This document shows, piece by piece, positions 52,825 to 61,339 of a stretch of DNA of 64,000 nt. Under the pieces are notes generated by a model. It had not been told where the DNA came from, made no database searches, and saw only the letters and a list, made by a program, of their open reading frames with translations. The stretch's first letter is position 1; each line of letters opens with the position of its first letter. The stretch is from a virus (Duplodnaviria; Caudoviricetes). Location: IMG/VR virus record IMGVR_UViG_3300031992_000021, positions 32,001-96,000 of that record. One strand, 5' to 3'. The translations under genes were made by a program, and so were the position numbers.

Positions 52825-52853
52825 ATGATAGCAAATAATTTTTCAACTGTCTA
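52825..52853 (-). promoter_or_regulatory. Promoter TAGACA-N17-TATCAT with TG extension (sheath/tube operon)
   Basis: Both hexamers match sigma70 consensus at 5/6 with a 17-nt spacer. Confidence 0.65.
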
Positions 52854-53622
52854 AAGGCGTATTGGTCGCGGCGGAAACGTCTCCAAACTCTATCTCCACC
52901 ATGCCGTTTCTTACGTCCACGCTCGACCCCGTGACATTCACGGCCGATCTCCCATCCTCTATCATGTTTACGGCCTTCAGGATCGGAGACTCGATCTTGA
53001 CCACCCACGAATCGGTGAAGTCGAACTGGACGTTGACGACTGAAACGTACTTGCCCTTGCCTACCGTCTGAGCCTGCTCCTTCTGCTGCCTCGGAACCCT
53101 TCCCGACACTATGAAATGATCGAAGCAGTACTCCTGGCAGAGCTGGTCCTGGAGCATCGAGAGGTAATTCTCCGTGTTGTCCGCCAAAGCGCATGCGGCG
53201 CCAGCCTTGTCGCTCACGTGCACTATGGACGCCATTCCCTTGGCATACCTTTCGTACGACCTCTCGCCGTCGTGGCTCAAGAACGTGCGCCCCTCCATGT
53301 CAAGGGTTGGATTGACGCCATACTGTATCTCGCCCAGGCACACGAATATGGCAGGAGTGAAGTCCGGCCTCTGATCCTCCCACCTCAGCTCCGTGTCTAT
53401 CCAGAGCTCGGTCTTCTGGGGATCCTTTTTCCAGACGACGTCCGGGCACCCGAACGAACGGCCATTCTTGCCGGAATACATCACCCTGAGTATCGTGACG
53501 AATATGGAATACAGGACCTGCGAGCTTTTCCTCAGTTCGCAGATGTGCTCGATCCCGCCAAGCCTGTGCCACGGCTGGACTTCGCTGTTCGACACCGAAT
53601 CGATCTTTGGGTCACTCGCCAT
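52843..53622 (-). CDS. Tail terminator/neck protein candidate
   Basis: Start moved to ATG 53622 (GGAG SD). PAIFV..G motif. Directly upstream of the sheath. Confidence 0.55.
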   Translation of the reverse strand: MASDPKIDSVSNSEVQPWHRLGGIEHICELRKSSQVLYSIFVTILRVMYSGKNGRSFGCPDVVWKKDPQKTELWIDTELRWEDQRPDFTPAIFVCLGEIQYGVNPTLDMEGRTFLSHDGERSYERYAKGMASIVHVSDKAGAACALADNTENYLSMLQDQLCQEYCFDHFIVSGRVPRQQKEQAQTVGKGKYVSVVNVQFDFTDSWVVKIESPILKAVNMIEDGRSAVNVTGSSVDVRNGMVEIEFGDVSAATNTPLDS

Positions 53623-54409
53623 CGTCTGCTCCAATCCTGTATACCGGGTCGCTGAGCGGCGCCTCCTCGAATCCAAGCCTCTGCAGGCACGGGACCCTCC
53701 TCACCTCGGACACTATGCTCGATATCCCGACAACGTACCTTTTGTCCTGCGCAACGTCGACGATCACGTCTCCCTTCTTGACGACCGGATTCCCGATCGC
53801 AAGAGCCTCAAGCATCTTCGATTCATGGGTTCCGTCGTTTGAGTTGTGCATGCTGTGCGAAGAATCGGTCCCGAACGATATCATCATCCTGTGAGGACCG
53901 AAATACGCAGGATACCTGCCGGTTCCGAAGCACTTCTTGCAGTGCGAATCCCTTACGTCGCCAGTGACCGGATCTATGCAGAAAGTACATTTCGGGCCGA
54001 ACGTGGACCGTATGTACAAATCGCACTCCGTCCCGGACAGGACTCTCGCCCTCAACGCCTCCCTTCGCATGATCTCCCTCGCAAGAAGATATTCCCTGCG
54101 CGGAAGATCTCCATACGGCTGCATGGGATGCGAAAAGTACGTTCCGAGTGGGGTTCTGAGCACAATCCTGAAGAACAGCGTGTTCGACTTTCCGACGAGA
54201 TGCTTCCCGCCCTCGTCGCGCCAGGCTATCACGTTCTCGAGGACTGGCGACAGGTCTTCCCATGGCCCTTCGGCCGTATGCCCCTTCTGGACGACGAAAC
54301 GCCACGGAGCCGGGTCGTCGAATCCGCCGGACATCTCCCAGCTATACAGGAATCCCCCAACATAGCTCGGGGAGATCCTGAAGGCGTAGAATGGAGATTC
54401 GGCGGACAT
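53612..54409 (-). CDS. Head closure/neck protein with a Zn finger
   Basis: C..C.D...G...DS.C..CFGTG and P.V..GD.IV.....RY.V motifs. Neck-module synteny. Confidence 0.6.
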   Translation of the reverse strand: MSAESPFYAFRISPSYVGGFLYSWEMSGGFDDPAPWRFVVQKGHTAEGPWEDLSPVLENVIAWRDEGGKHLVGKSNTLFFRIVLRTPLGTYFSHPMQPYGDLPRREYLLAREIMRREALRARVLSGTECDLYIRSTFGPKCTFCIDPVTGDVRDSHCKKCFGTGRYPAYFGPHRMMISFGTDSSHSMHNSNDGTHESKMLEALAIGNPVVKKGDVIVDVAQDKRYVVGISSIVSEVRRVPCLQRLGFEEAPLSDPVYRIGADDGE

Positions 54410-54411
54410 GA

Positions 54412-54954
54412 CTACCGCTTGACAGACTTGTATCCTGCCTGACGGATGGATTCAAGCTGCTCCGGAGTGAGCTGTATCTTTGGCTTGTTTGCCTTGCTGA
54501 ACACTTCGACAAGAGGATTTGCGGCCGCGCCGCCAAGCCCTCCTATGAGAGCCCCTGTGGCGAATCCCTTGCCGCCGCCAAAGATGCTCCCGAGAGTTCC
54601 GCCGAGAAGCGCTCCTCCGCCAGCTCCGACAAGGGCCTTTGTGCCCGCATCCTGCTTGCCATACCAATTCTTTGCCTGGTCAAGCCATGTCTTCAGCTTG
54701 CCCCAGATATCAGTGTCGGCGGCCTCTTTCGAGAGGATGAAACGCGCAAGAGCCTGTGGGTCAACGCCATGAGCCTCTGCGCACTTCCTGAATCCGCGCT
54801 CATAGGCCTCGTTCACGGACGCCTTCTTCTCTCCGCATTTCTTTCCATCGTCTGGTTTTACCACAACCGGAAGGCTGAATGCCGGCTTTTTCTTGGCAGC
54901 CATGTACGCTTTCATGGCAAGAGCCTTTATCTCGTCTTTTGTCATCTTGGACAT
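54412..54954 (-). CDS. Glycine-zipper protein with K-x-A motifs (putative head cargo)
   Basis: EKKAS, FRKCA, LSKEA, then ALVGAGGGALLGGTLG...GALIGGLGG. Confidence 0.7.
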   Translation of the reverse strand: MSKMTKDEIKALAMKAYMAAKKKPAFSLPVVVKPDDGKKCGEKKASVNEAYERGFRKCAEAHGVDPQALARFILSKEAADTDIWGKLKTWLDQAKNWYGKQDAGTKALVGAGGGALLGGTLGSIFGGGKGFATGALIGGLGGAAANPLVEVFSKANKPKIQLTPEQLESIRQAGYKSVKR

Positions 54955-54958
54955 TGCA

Positions 54959-57685
54959 CTAATCCTTTCTTACTGCTTTTTCCTTGAGATTGAGTGTCAG
55001 CTCGCCGAGCTGCTTGAAGACGTTGCGGAGGCGGTCCTCCATCTGGACTACGTCGTCGCTGCCGTATCGCTGGTTGAAGTCCTCGTGCTTCCAGTAGAAG
55101 AGGAAGAGGATTCTTCCAAGACGGTCGATCGTGTCCATGAAGTCGGGGATGTACGAATCGACGACATTTGCCGTGTCGTACACCTTCACCAGTCCGCCGA
55201 TCGCCGCCTGGTCGAACACATGGCGCTGTCCGGCCTTTGCGGCATCCTCGGCGAGCCGGCGAGCCTCTTCGTCGATCGGAAGGGCTCCTTCTCCCATGGC
55301 TTCGTTGTGCTCGTCAGGATACTCGCCGCCGCCCATGCTGCGTTCCATCTCTCCGCCGACGTTTATCCCGCGGGTCATCCCTCCTTCGGGAGGAAGACCG
55401 GGAACGCCGGTGAACTGCCCCTGGGTCATATCGACGTAAGGCGACGAGTAGACTGGGACTCCGGAATACGGATCGATCGAAGGGAGCTGCTCCATTGGAG
55501 CCGGCATCGAGACGTTCACCAGCCCGTCCTGCGCCTTCTTCTCGACCTTTTTGAGCGAAGGAACCTGAACGAGAAGCATCACGCTCTTTGCGGAAGCCGC
55601 CTTTGCCAGAACGGAGAAAGCCCTCCGCGGACGGAACCCGAACCTCGTGACGAGATCTATCGCCGCGGACTTGTAGTTCATCGGTCCGTGTCGGCGCTTG
55701 GCGCCATCGACGATGACGCTGTAGTCAACGCCGTCGGAAGCGACCTTGATGCGCTGGATGCCGTCGCTGCGCATGGTCTCAAGGATGTCCATCGCGCTTG
55801 CGAATGTGTACTTGGACTCGATCTCGGCGCGTTCCTTCGCGAACTTGGCCTCGCGCTCGGCGCGGTCTTCCGGCTTCTCGTTCTCGACGTACGGCGCATA
55901 GCGGCGGACGACACGGATCTTGAGAGCCTTCCAGTCGTGCGGGATTATGACGCCGGCCGAGGTCTTCTTCGGGAGGCCAGAGAAGGATCCGATGCTGATG
56001 AAGTCGCTGGAGCCGCAGCACTCGCAGGGGCAGCAATCGCAGCTATGGTCGCCCTTCGAGCCATCTTCGTTGTGGAAGCGGTCGCGCAGGTTCCAGTCCA
56101 TGAAGCCATAGCTCTCGGAGAGCCCGTCCTTCGCGTCAGTCACGATCTTGGCGTCAGAGCCGTAGCCGGTTCCGAAGCGGACGTGCTCGCCGTCCTCTAT
56201 GGTGAACTTGATGAAGAACGGTCCGGCCGCGTTGCCCTTGTCGTCGATGAACAGATACGGAATCCCGTCGTCTCGCCTCGGATCGCTTGAACCTATCTCG
56301 ATGTCGGATATCGGCGTGGCCTTGTTGAAGAGCTCCTTCAGGGCATCCTTGTCTCCAACGCCTTCGCCTGCGGATTCCTCGCTGAACTCCGTCGCTACGA
56401 TTGCCCGAGGGCACGCCTCAGTGAGGATGTTGCCATCGTCTTCAAAGCAGATTAGGGTGTTCGTGTCTCTGCATGATGGCGAGAGTACCGTATTGAGCAT
56501 TACGCCCTCGCGGGAAACTCCGTCGGACATCATGAAATTGTACTTTCCGGGACCATCCGGAGGCTGGAACCGGTGCTCGAAATCGACGAGCGCCTCGTCG
56601 TCCGTAACCTTGGCAACCTCGTCCTCGCCGCGCCTATCCTCGATCGTGAAGTCGTGCTCGATGATCTGGCGGGCGTTCTCCTCCAGCGAGAGAGCCTTGT
56701 CCTCCTCGCCGATGTCGGACGCCGGCGCATCCTGTGAAGCCTTGACAAGACCCTCTGTGGAGCCGACTACAAGCACCTTCGGCTTGGCGGCAGCCACCTT
56801 GCGCATGCGGTCGACATGGATCGATGCCTCCTTGAGGTTTTCGGTCCAGAGCGCCTCTGCATCCTTGTACAGAGACAGTGCCGCGTTGGCAAAATCAACG
56901 TCGTGCATCGCCTTGAGGAAGCGCGTCATGCACTCGGGTCCGCCGACCTTCTCCATGAAGTCCTTGAAGTACTTCGACTCTGCCGCCTTCTCGACCTCGC
57001 CCTTGCAGACAGCGCCGGCGAACATCTCGCGAAACGTGGCGTCCTCGGTCATGAGCCTTGCCGTAGCCTCCTTGACATGCTCCCAGGCCTCCTTCGGAGA
57101 CCACGGGACGTTCTCGGCCATCTTTCCGAGAGCTGCCTGCGGGCGCTGAACGAACGTGAGGTCGGGGTTGCGCATCGTGTCGCGAACCTCGCTGCTCGCC
57201 GGAGATCCGATGCGGATCGAATGCTTGTTGACGATGAAGTCGATCCACTTTTCCGTCAGCGGTACGAACTGGTTCGTCTTCTTGTTGAGAATGAGGTCGA
57301 CTCCGCGCACCTGGTTGTTAAGGAAGAACGCCGGGATGTAGTAGAAGTCGTCGTCGACCTTGTATCCGAAGATCCCGACGGCCTTGGAACCGTCTTCGTT
57401 TCTGTCGACCACCTCGAAACCGAGCATGTACGGCACGAGCGCCGGCGCCCGGTCGTTCACGAACTGGTATGCGAGCGAGCCAAAATCATCCTCGAACTGG
57501 CGCTGGTTTGCGGATTCAGGGGCCTGCATCTCGTCGGGGTTGCCGACTACAGGTGACTGACCGACGTCAGGCGGAATGCCTCCGGGGCCTCCTGCCGGCA
57601 TTCCGGCCTGGGCTTCCTTGAACAGAATTGTATCACGCCCGACATGCGGGCGTATCTTTAGCGAATCGAAAGTCGGACGTGACAT
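54959..57685 (-). CDS. Large putative internal head/ejection protein
   Basis: Start moved to ATG 57685 (AAAGGAG SD). Several K-x-A motifs, P/G-rich linkers and a CDCCPCECC cluster. Confidence 0.6.
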   Translation of the reverse strand: MSRPTFDSLKIRPHVGRDTILFKEAQAGMPAGGPGGIPPDVGQSPVVGNPDEMQAPESANQRQFEDDFGSLAYQFVNDRAPALVPYMLGFEVVDRNEDGSKAVGIFGYKVDDDFYYIPAFFLNNQVRGVDLILNKKTNQFVPLTEKWIDFIVNKHSIRIGSPASSEVRDTMRNPDLTFVQRPQAALGKMAENVPWSPKEAWEHVKEATARLMTEDATFREMFAGAVCKGEVEKAAESKYFKDFMEKVGGPECMTRFLKAMHDVDFANAALSLYKDAEALWTENLKEASIHVDRMRKVAAAKPKVLVVGSTEGLVKASQDAPASDIGEEDKALSLEENARQIIEHDFTIEDRRGEDEVAKVTDDEALVDFEHRFQPPDGPGKYNFMMSDGVSREGVMLNTVLSPSCRDTNTLICFEDDGNILTEACPRAIVATEFSEESAGEGVGDKDALKELFNKATPISDIEIGSSDPRRDDGIPYLFIDDKGNAAGPFFIKFTIEDGEHVRFGTGYGSDAKIVTDAKDGLSESYGFMDWNLRDRFHNEDGSKGDHSCDCCPCECCGSSDFISIGSFSGLPKKTSAGVIIPHDWKALKIRVVRRYAPYVENEKPEDRAEREAKFAKERAEIESKYTFASAMDILETMRSDGIQRIKVASDGVDYSVIVDGAKRRHGPMNYKSAAIDLVTRFGFRPRRAFSVLAKAASAKSVMLLVQVPSLKKVEKKAQDGLVNVSMPAPMEQLPSIDPYSGVPVYSSPYVDMTQGQFTGVPGLPPEGGMTRGINVGGEMERSMGGGEYPDEHNEAMGEGALPIDEEARRLAEDAAKAGQRHVFDQAAIGGLVKVYDTANVVDSYIPDFMDTIDRLGRILFLFYWKHEDFNQRYGSDDVVQMEDRLRNVFKQLGELTLNLKEKAVRKD

Positions 57686-57710
57686 GGGTTCTCCTTTGGT
57701 CATTACAATG

Positions 57711-57719
57711 ATTATATCA
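57711..57719 (-). promoter_or_regulatory. Extended -10 promoter (TGATATAAT)
   Basis: Perfect TGnTATAAT in the AT-rich gap upstream of the large head protein. Confidence 0.65.
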
Positions 57720-57729
57720 TATTTTACCG

Positions 57730-58266
57730 TTATCGCTCCGCCGTCTTTGACGTAACGGAAACCTTTCCTGCGGTATCAACCGTAATTACAAAAATTCCGG
57801 CTCTAACGTTCCCTAGATGACTGCTAATGTCTGAGTTGGACATTGGCTCGAACGAATACGAATCCGAATCCGAAGAGTCCTTTCGTCTGGCTTCCAGGGA
57901 TACTGAAACATCGGGATTGGATCCATCCCATGTAGGGAACGTTTTAGCATCCTCGTCGCTTCCATGCCATCCGAACGTAGGAGAGTTCACACTAATCTCG
58001 ATACGAGCATTGGCACTGCCGCTTTTGTTGCATTTATCGCCATCAGACGGCACGTTTATTCCGAAAACGTATGTATCAGACCCGTCTTTGTGCTTGCTGG
58101 ATATCCGCGAACAGTTTTTCGTCGATGTTATCGACGGGCTTATACGGCTGCTATGATCTACGCTATACTGTTCGCATGTTATTTTGATTATAGAAGGATA
58201 CGACACTCTTACGACCAGCGGATGGCATTGAACACCGCCCGAAAGATATGTTTCAGGGCATGACAT
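57730..58266 (-). CDS. Cys/Ser-rich beta protein, visibly more AT-rich than its neighbours
   Basis: AGGAG SD. Weak similarity to 24494..25033. Confidence 0.55.
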   Translation of the reverse strand: MSCPETYLSGGVQCHPLVVRVSYPSIIKITCEQYSVDHSSRISPSITSTKNCSRISSKHKDGSDTYVFGINVPSDGDKCNKSGSANARIEISVNSPTFGWHGSDEDAKTFPTWDGSNPDVSVSLEARRKDSSDSDSYSFEPMSNSDISSHLGNVRAGIFVITVDTAGKVSVTSKTAER

Positions 58267-58329
58267 TGTGCGACTCCTACACCGTACCGCATACGGTACG
58301 GATGATCGAGAACTTTACGGCTGACTTCG

Positions 58330-58794
58330 TCACGCAAACCCCCATCCAAGTCCGACGTTGAGCTCGCGCTTCTTCTTGCGTATGGCCTGAAGGTACTCGT
58401 CCCTGAGGCGCATTGCCGCCTGGTCGTACTCCCTCGCCTTGTCCTGGTCGTTCACGGACGTTCCGCCGGCGTTGATCGCAAGGCTGTTGCGCCTGTACCT
58501 GTGGGCCGCCATCGAGAGAAGGTTTGAAGCAACCCCCATGAGAAGGATTGATCGGTACGGAAACTCGTCGTAGTCCATGCGGTAGATGTCAGGAGGCTCG
58601 TCGTTCCACCTGTCCACCGTTATGTTCATCGCCGTGCGTATTTCCTCTGGCGAGAACTCGAAATCGTCGAGAAGGATGTTCGCCGCGGGATCTTTGTCTC
58701 GAAGGAAGATGCGGACCTCCATGTCCGTCATCGGGCAGTCGTTCCCTACCGGAGAAATTGGTTTTCCTTCCCTGTCTTCTATGGTTGACGCCAT
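58330..58794 (-). CDS. Head-tail adaptor (neck 1)
   Basis: Start moved to ATG 58794. EVR.FLRD.....N.LLDD.EFS.EEI...WN..PP pattern. Shortly downstream of the capsid gene. Confidence 0.65.
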   Translation of the reverse strand: MASTIEDREGKPISPVGNDCPMTDMEVRIFLRDKDPAANILLDDFEFSPEEIRTAMNITVDRWNDEPPDIYRMDYDEFPYRSILLMGVASNLLSMAAHRYRRNSLAINAGGTSVNDQDKAREYDQAAMRLRDEYLQAIRKKKRELNVGLGWGFA

Positions 58795-58795
58795 A

Positions 58796-59170
58796 TCATT
58801 TAACCCCTTTGTATTCCGAAGTATTGGCATCCCAAAGCCTGTTGTCAGGAATCCCAACAAGAGCCTTTACCCTCTCCCAGAGAAGCGAACCTGCGTTTGA
58901 GAAGTAGTTTCGGTCAGGACGGCCGTTTCTGCCGGCATCCCCTCCAATGACAAACGCTCCCGTGGCAAGTGCTGCAGGTATGACCCAGCTTTTGTTCCTG
59001 TTCCACCAGGTGTCGTTCTGGTCGTCGAAATCCATGCGACCGACAGCAGCCTCCTTGCACACGTTCGCGACGAACTCGTCTGCGTCCTTGGCGCCCATTC
59101 CGCATCCGTCCAGTGCGCTGTACGCGCCTGCCGAGAACATCGTCGCGATGATGTCGTCTCCAAGTTTCAT
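58796..59170 (-). CDS. Small protein with a K-x-A motif and a hydrophobic segment
   Basis: VCKEAA, then WVIPAALATGAFVIGG. GGAG SD. Confidence 0.6.
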   Translation of the reverse strand: MKLGDDIIATMFSAGAYSALDGCGMGAKDADEFVANVCKEAAVGRMDFDDQNDTWWNRNKSWVIPAALATGAFVIGGDAGRNGRPDRNYFSNAGSLLWERVKALVGIPDNRLWDANTSEYKGVK

Positions 59171-59197
59171 CTGAATCTCCGTTGTGCTTGAGTCGCT

Positions 59198-59242
59198 TAA
59201 AATGATTCAGGCGGGGTCGGGACAACAGCCCGGCCCCGCCTG
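59198..59242 (-). terminator. Terminator hairpin after the major capsid gene
   Basis: Near-perfect 14-bp GC-rich stem (59208-59221/59229-59242, one mismatch) with a 7-nt loop, followed by AATCATTTT. Confidence 0.65.
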
Positions 59243-59266
59243 GACTAGCCATTCAGGCCTGTCTTA

Positions 59267-60274
59267 TCAAGCGCCAGCGGGGCTGGAGCTCGACTCGAAG
59301 GGTTCCTGCTTGGCCGCCTCGCCGAAGCGGGCGAGGGCCATGCCGGCAATGTTGCCGAAGGAGAAGCCGCCCAGCCAGTAGCTGAACCACTTGATGAAGA
59401 ACGCCTCCTTGTTGAGATACATCGTCCAGTCGGTCAACGTGTAGTTGTGGCCGAGGAACGACGGCTCCGCGAAGAAGTAGACATACCCCTCCGGGACAAG
59501 GTGGTTCTTGATCGTGGAGATCGCCTTGATCCCCATGATGGTCGTGCTGGTGAGACCGTTCTTCCAGTGCTCCTCAGCGAGATCGCCACCGATCTGGATG
59601 CGGTCGAGCTTGAGGATGTCACGCAGCGTGTTCTCGTGCGCGAGCAGGAGATAGTTGCGTGCGACGAACTTGCCGTACTTGTTGCCGCGGGGGAGCATCT
59701 TCGTGGCCTCGGTGAAGGTCACGCGGTCGAGACCCTCCTCGAAGTCCATGAACTGCACCTTGCCCGTGACGGGGTGCGGCGTGTTCGGGCCCTTGCCGGT
59801 CGTGTTCATGACGATCGAGTTGACCGTCTCGATGAACTTGCGGTCGTGCGTGGCCATGCCGTCCTTGATGCTGTTGTCGGTCAGCACCTTGCGGATCGGA
59901 TAGTCGTACGTGCGCAGCTGGTCGATGTCCTTCGTGAACATCGGCGTGACGATGCGGGCCATCGGGGTGATGTACCGCGAACCGGTGATGATCTCGCCCT
60001 CAGGCACCGTCTCGAACGGCACGTACTTCGCGCCGGGGGAATCGGGCTCGAGGTCGTCGATGACGATGAGATCCTCGGTCATGGTCTTCGCGAGACGCTC
60101 GTTGCCGATCTGCTCCGGAGGGAGGATCTTGTTGGCGAACGAGCCCTCACGGATCTGCGTGCGGGTCACGTCGGAGGCGGTCTGCGCGACCTTCTCCAGG
60201 TTGGCCTTGCTGCCGTCCGCGATCATGTCGCGGAGCTGCGCGTCAATCATCTGCTCTTTGGCTTCCTTGAACAT
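59267..60274 (-). CDS. Major capsid protein (HK97 fold)
   Basis: 335 aa, strongest codon bias in the window. IRE.SFA.KILPP and FFAEP.FLG motifs. Order scaffold-decoration-capsid-terminator-neck. Confidence 0.8.
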   Translation of the reverse strand: MFKEAKEQMIDAQLRDMIADGSKANLEKVAQTASDVTRTQIREGSFANKILPPEQIGNERLAKTMTEDLIVIDDLEPDSPGAKYVPFETVPEGEIITGSRYITPMARIVTPMFTKDIDQLRTYDYPIRKVLTDNSIKDGMATHDRKFIETVNSIVMNTTGKGPNTPHPVTGKVQFMDFEEGLDRVTFTEATKMLPRGNKYGKFVARNYLLLAHENTLRDILKLDRIQIGGDLAEEHWKNGLTSTTIMGIKAISTIKNHLVPEGYVYFFAEPSFLGHNYTLTDWTMYLNKEAFFIKWFSYWLGGFSFGNIAGMALARFGEAAKQEPFESSSSPAGA

Positions 60275-60295
60275 ATTCGTGTCTCCTTTCTTTCC

Positions 60296-60829
60296 TTACT
60301 TGGTCCTGAAGCGGAGGACGAACTTGTTCGCGCCGGTGCGGATCGCAAGGCGCTGGTCGGTGCCATTCGCAGGAACCGCGATCGCGTTGTTGATCCAACG
60401 CTCGGCGGGAGCCACCGTGACGTAGCCGACGACGGTCGCGCTGGAGCCGGGGTCGGTAGCCTGGAGCTTGCCGTTGACCACGTAGAGCGCAGCGCCGACG
60501 GCGTACGTGTCGTCGGTCTTGAACTCCGTGGTCTCGAACTCGCCCTCCTGGTCGAGGGAGAGAGCGTTGATGCGAGGAACGCCGCCCTTCGGATCGAACG
60601 CCGAGCCGGCGAAACCGGCAGTCGGATCCGTGTAATCCTGGAGTGCGACGTAGAGGAGCTTGTCGGAGCCGCTTGCAACGTCCCAGACACCCTCCGCCGA
60701 ATCACTGTCCGCCTCAAGGGCGACAATGGTGCCTCGTGCGATCGCCGTGACGCCGGCTTTCACCGGAAGCGTCTTGTCGACCTGACCGAGGCTGGGGTAA
60801 TGACCCTTAACGGGGCTGAACCATCCCAT
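60296..60829 (-). CDS. Capsid decoration/cement protein
   Basis: I..G.IV..., EFET.EF....YAVG..L.V.NGKL.......VVG.V beta-tulip-like pattern. Directly before the capsid gene. Confidence 0.7.
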   Translation of the reverse strand: MGWFSPVKGHYPSLGQVDKTLPVKAGVTAIARGTIVALEADSDSAEGVWDVASGSDKLLYVALQDYTDPTAGFAGSAFDPKGGVPRINALSLDQEGEFETTEFKTDDTYAVGAALYVVNGKLQATDPGSSATVVGYVTVAPAERWINNAIAVPANGTDQRLAIRTGANKFVLRFRTK

Positions 60830-60882
60830 TTTCTTTTACCTTTCGTTTTGGCTTTGGTCTTGTTTTTGGGCTGACCCGTGCA

Positions 60883-61323
60883 TCAGTCCACGTATCCATT
60901 TGATCCTTGGCGCCCGCCAAAGACCAATCGAGACCACGGATCATCGACGCTTCGGGAGGAGAAGGATTCGGAAGCTCCGCCGAGTGTGGGCGCGGAGAAA
61001 TTCTCCGCCATCTTCTCGACGAGGTCCCAAACCCCGCTTGGGTCCTCCGCGACCTTGTTGACGAACTCGTCAACCTTGTCGTTTTCGATCGCGCCGCATC
61101 CGGCCAAAACCTTAGCGGCGTGCGCGGCCTTTTTGTTGAAGCACTCACGGGCCTCAACGAAATTGTCAAGTTTCTTCTTCGTCTCGCCTATCTCGACCTC
61201 GGCGGCAGCAAGCTTTTCCGTGGTGCGCTTCGCGAGATCGCATAGGTCGAGTATGCGGGCCTCCTTCTGAAGCTTTGCAACCTCAGAAGGAAGTCCTGCG
61301 TCAACTGTCGTGTTTGCGCTCAT
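60883..61323 (-). CDS. Helical scaffold-like protein with K-x-A motifs
   Basis: Start moved to ATG 61323 (GAGG SD). LQKEA, TEKLA, FNKKA, VNKVA, VEKMA. Confidence 0.6.
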   Translation of the reverse strand: MSANTTVDAGLPSEVAKLQKEARILDLCDLAKRTTEKLAAAEVEIGETKKKLDNFVEARECFNKKAAHAAKVLAGCGAIENDKVDEFVNKVAEDPSGVWDLVEKMAENFSAPTLGGASESFSSRSVDDPWSRLVFGGRQGSNGYVD

Positions 61324-61339
61324 CGGAACACACCTCGCT

